Of a stretch of DNA of 64,000 nt, positions 62,661 to 64,000 are shown in pieces. The stretch lies in the NCBI GenBank assembly GCA_003427395.1, contig BFEA01000005.1, positions 3,385,912 to 3,449,911 of the forward strand, given 5' to 3'. This DNA is from Chara braunii. Taxonomy: Eukaryota > Plantae > Charophyceae. A program made the translations under genes and the position numbers. How positions within the stretch are numbered: position 1 is the stretch's first letter; every line of letters starts with the position of its first letter. The notes beneath the pieces are model-generated. The model was not told the DNA's origin. It saw only the letters and a program-made list of their open reading frames with translations, and searched no databases.

Positions 62661-63741
62661 ATATCTCACCCTCTTGATCAGACGGTCGTGGCGCACGCTA
62701 GAACGACAACGTTTGTATAGCGCACAACCCCATTTCGTGTGTCGAGCACACGTTGGTTCTGCCGCCCCTCCGTCACGCACAGTCTCTCAGCACCACCTTG
62801 TCGAGATAGCAACTCCTTATTGTGTAATCATGAACGACCCGAGCTTCAACTGTAGCAACTTGGAAATTCGAATCAAGAGTTTAGATACTACAACTGTATG
62901 CCAGCAGGCCACGAGTTGCAGCTTAAAAATTTTGTTGACTTAACTGTAGCTTAAAGACAACGCGCATAAGTCAGTAACAACTCGCAGCCAAACCGAAATA
63001 ATTGCCAAAGAACATTCGCCACAACAACTTGTACTAAGGTGCAGCAGCAGTCAGAGCTTAGGAAATAGACGTTCCTCAAAGCCAGAAGTAGCAGCACCAA
63101 CTTGAAGCATCGAACTCTACCACGTTCGCTCCACCCATACCCAGTTTTCTAGCGTGTTTTGTCCTCGTCTCCCTCAATCTCGATAACTTTCCGTTCCAAT
63201 CTCCTATTGCAGAGGGTGCCCCGACAGCCGCCCCACAATTATTTAACAACTTCAACTATCCTGGAAGGAACTTCGGACGGACCAACTACTTAACAGCCTA
63301 AGTAATTCTGTACTCCTACACTCAAGACTAACGAATGACTAGTACGTCGGTATTGCCATATTTTTCGGCTTCGAACTCACGTCTGCAAATCAATTGTTTC
63401 GTGCGTGTTTAGATTGAACAACCCCCCAAGAAAAAATGGAACGTGGCAGAATCTTCCAGTAGAACATGGAGAGGTACACATGCGTGAGGGATCCCGACCG
63501 TTGAGACGACCACAACCGGGATCGTAATAACCAGTAGCCCAAGATCCTCGGTGAAAGCGGCCAGGACGTACTTCACAAGGGTGAGGCTTCAAACAGGACG
63601 ACCTTAGTGACAAGCTGCCTCTTGATCTTGCTGCCCATCAACCAGTACAACTCTCCTCCGGGAAGGAGTCCAGTCACGTACTCGTCTCCTTTACCTTTCC
63701 TTTCCACTAATCTACATCGCCCCTCCCAACTCCCGTCCGAC

Positions 63742-63744
<3 letters not shown>

Positions 63745-63835
<91 letters not shown>

Positions 63836-63836
63836 N

Positions 63837-63927
<91 letters not shown>

Positions 63928-63930
63928 TGT
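63745..63930. repeat. Compound (CT)n(GT)n microsatellite, apparently duplicated across an N
   Basis: Direct inspection. Confidence 0.9.
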
Positions 63931-64000
63931 GGACTGCAGTAGTCGTGCTTGTTGCCCGTAATCTGACTGTCAACACCAAGCTCAAACTTGGTGGTTCCCC

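Overview
Repeat-dense eukaryotic nuclear DNA from a draft assembly (four N-gaps, residual Nextera mate-pair adapters). The plant-type mitochondrial fragments, plant-type Aquarius protein and repeat style suggest a streptophyte, possibly a Chara-like alga (inference only). There is one intact host gene: an apparently intronless Aquarius (AQR/MAC7) spliceosomal helicase on the minus strand (10706-15883), whose 3' end is tandemly duplicated. The rest is: a scrambled mitochondrial insertion (atp1, cob, tRNA half) with a second atp1 copy at 28.6 kb; a decayed chromodomain Ty3/Gypsy element with a TTAA-flanked MITE inside; a decayed L1/Tx1-like LINE; two gag-only LTR-type elements; hAT-like and foldback non-autonomous elements; and many satellites and microsatellites. 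The most unusual structure is a family of very long non-coding TG...CA units (32306-~36990 and 45136-52357, the latter with a near-perfect 5-bp TSD). These carry an array of structure-conserved hairpins separated by unique spacers, one hairpin amplified into a 60-bp minisatellite, and a conserved tRNA-like B-box. All alignments were done by eye, so boundaries are approximate unless a terminus or TSD is quoted.
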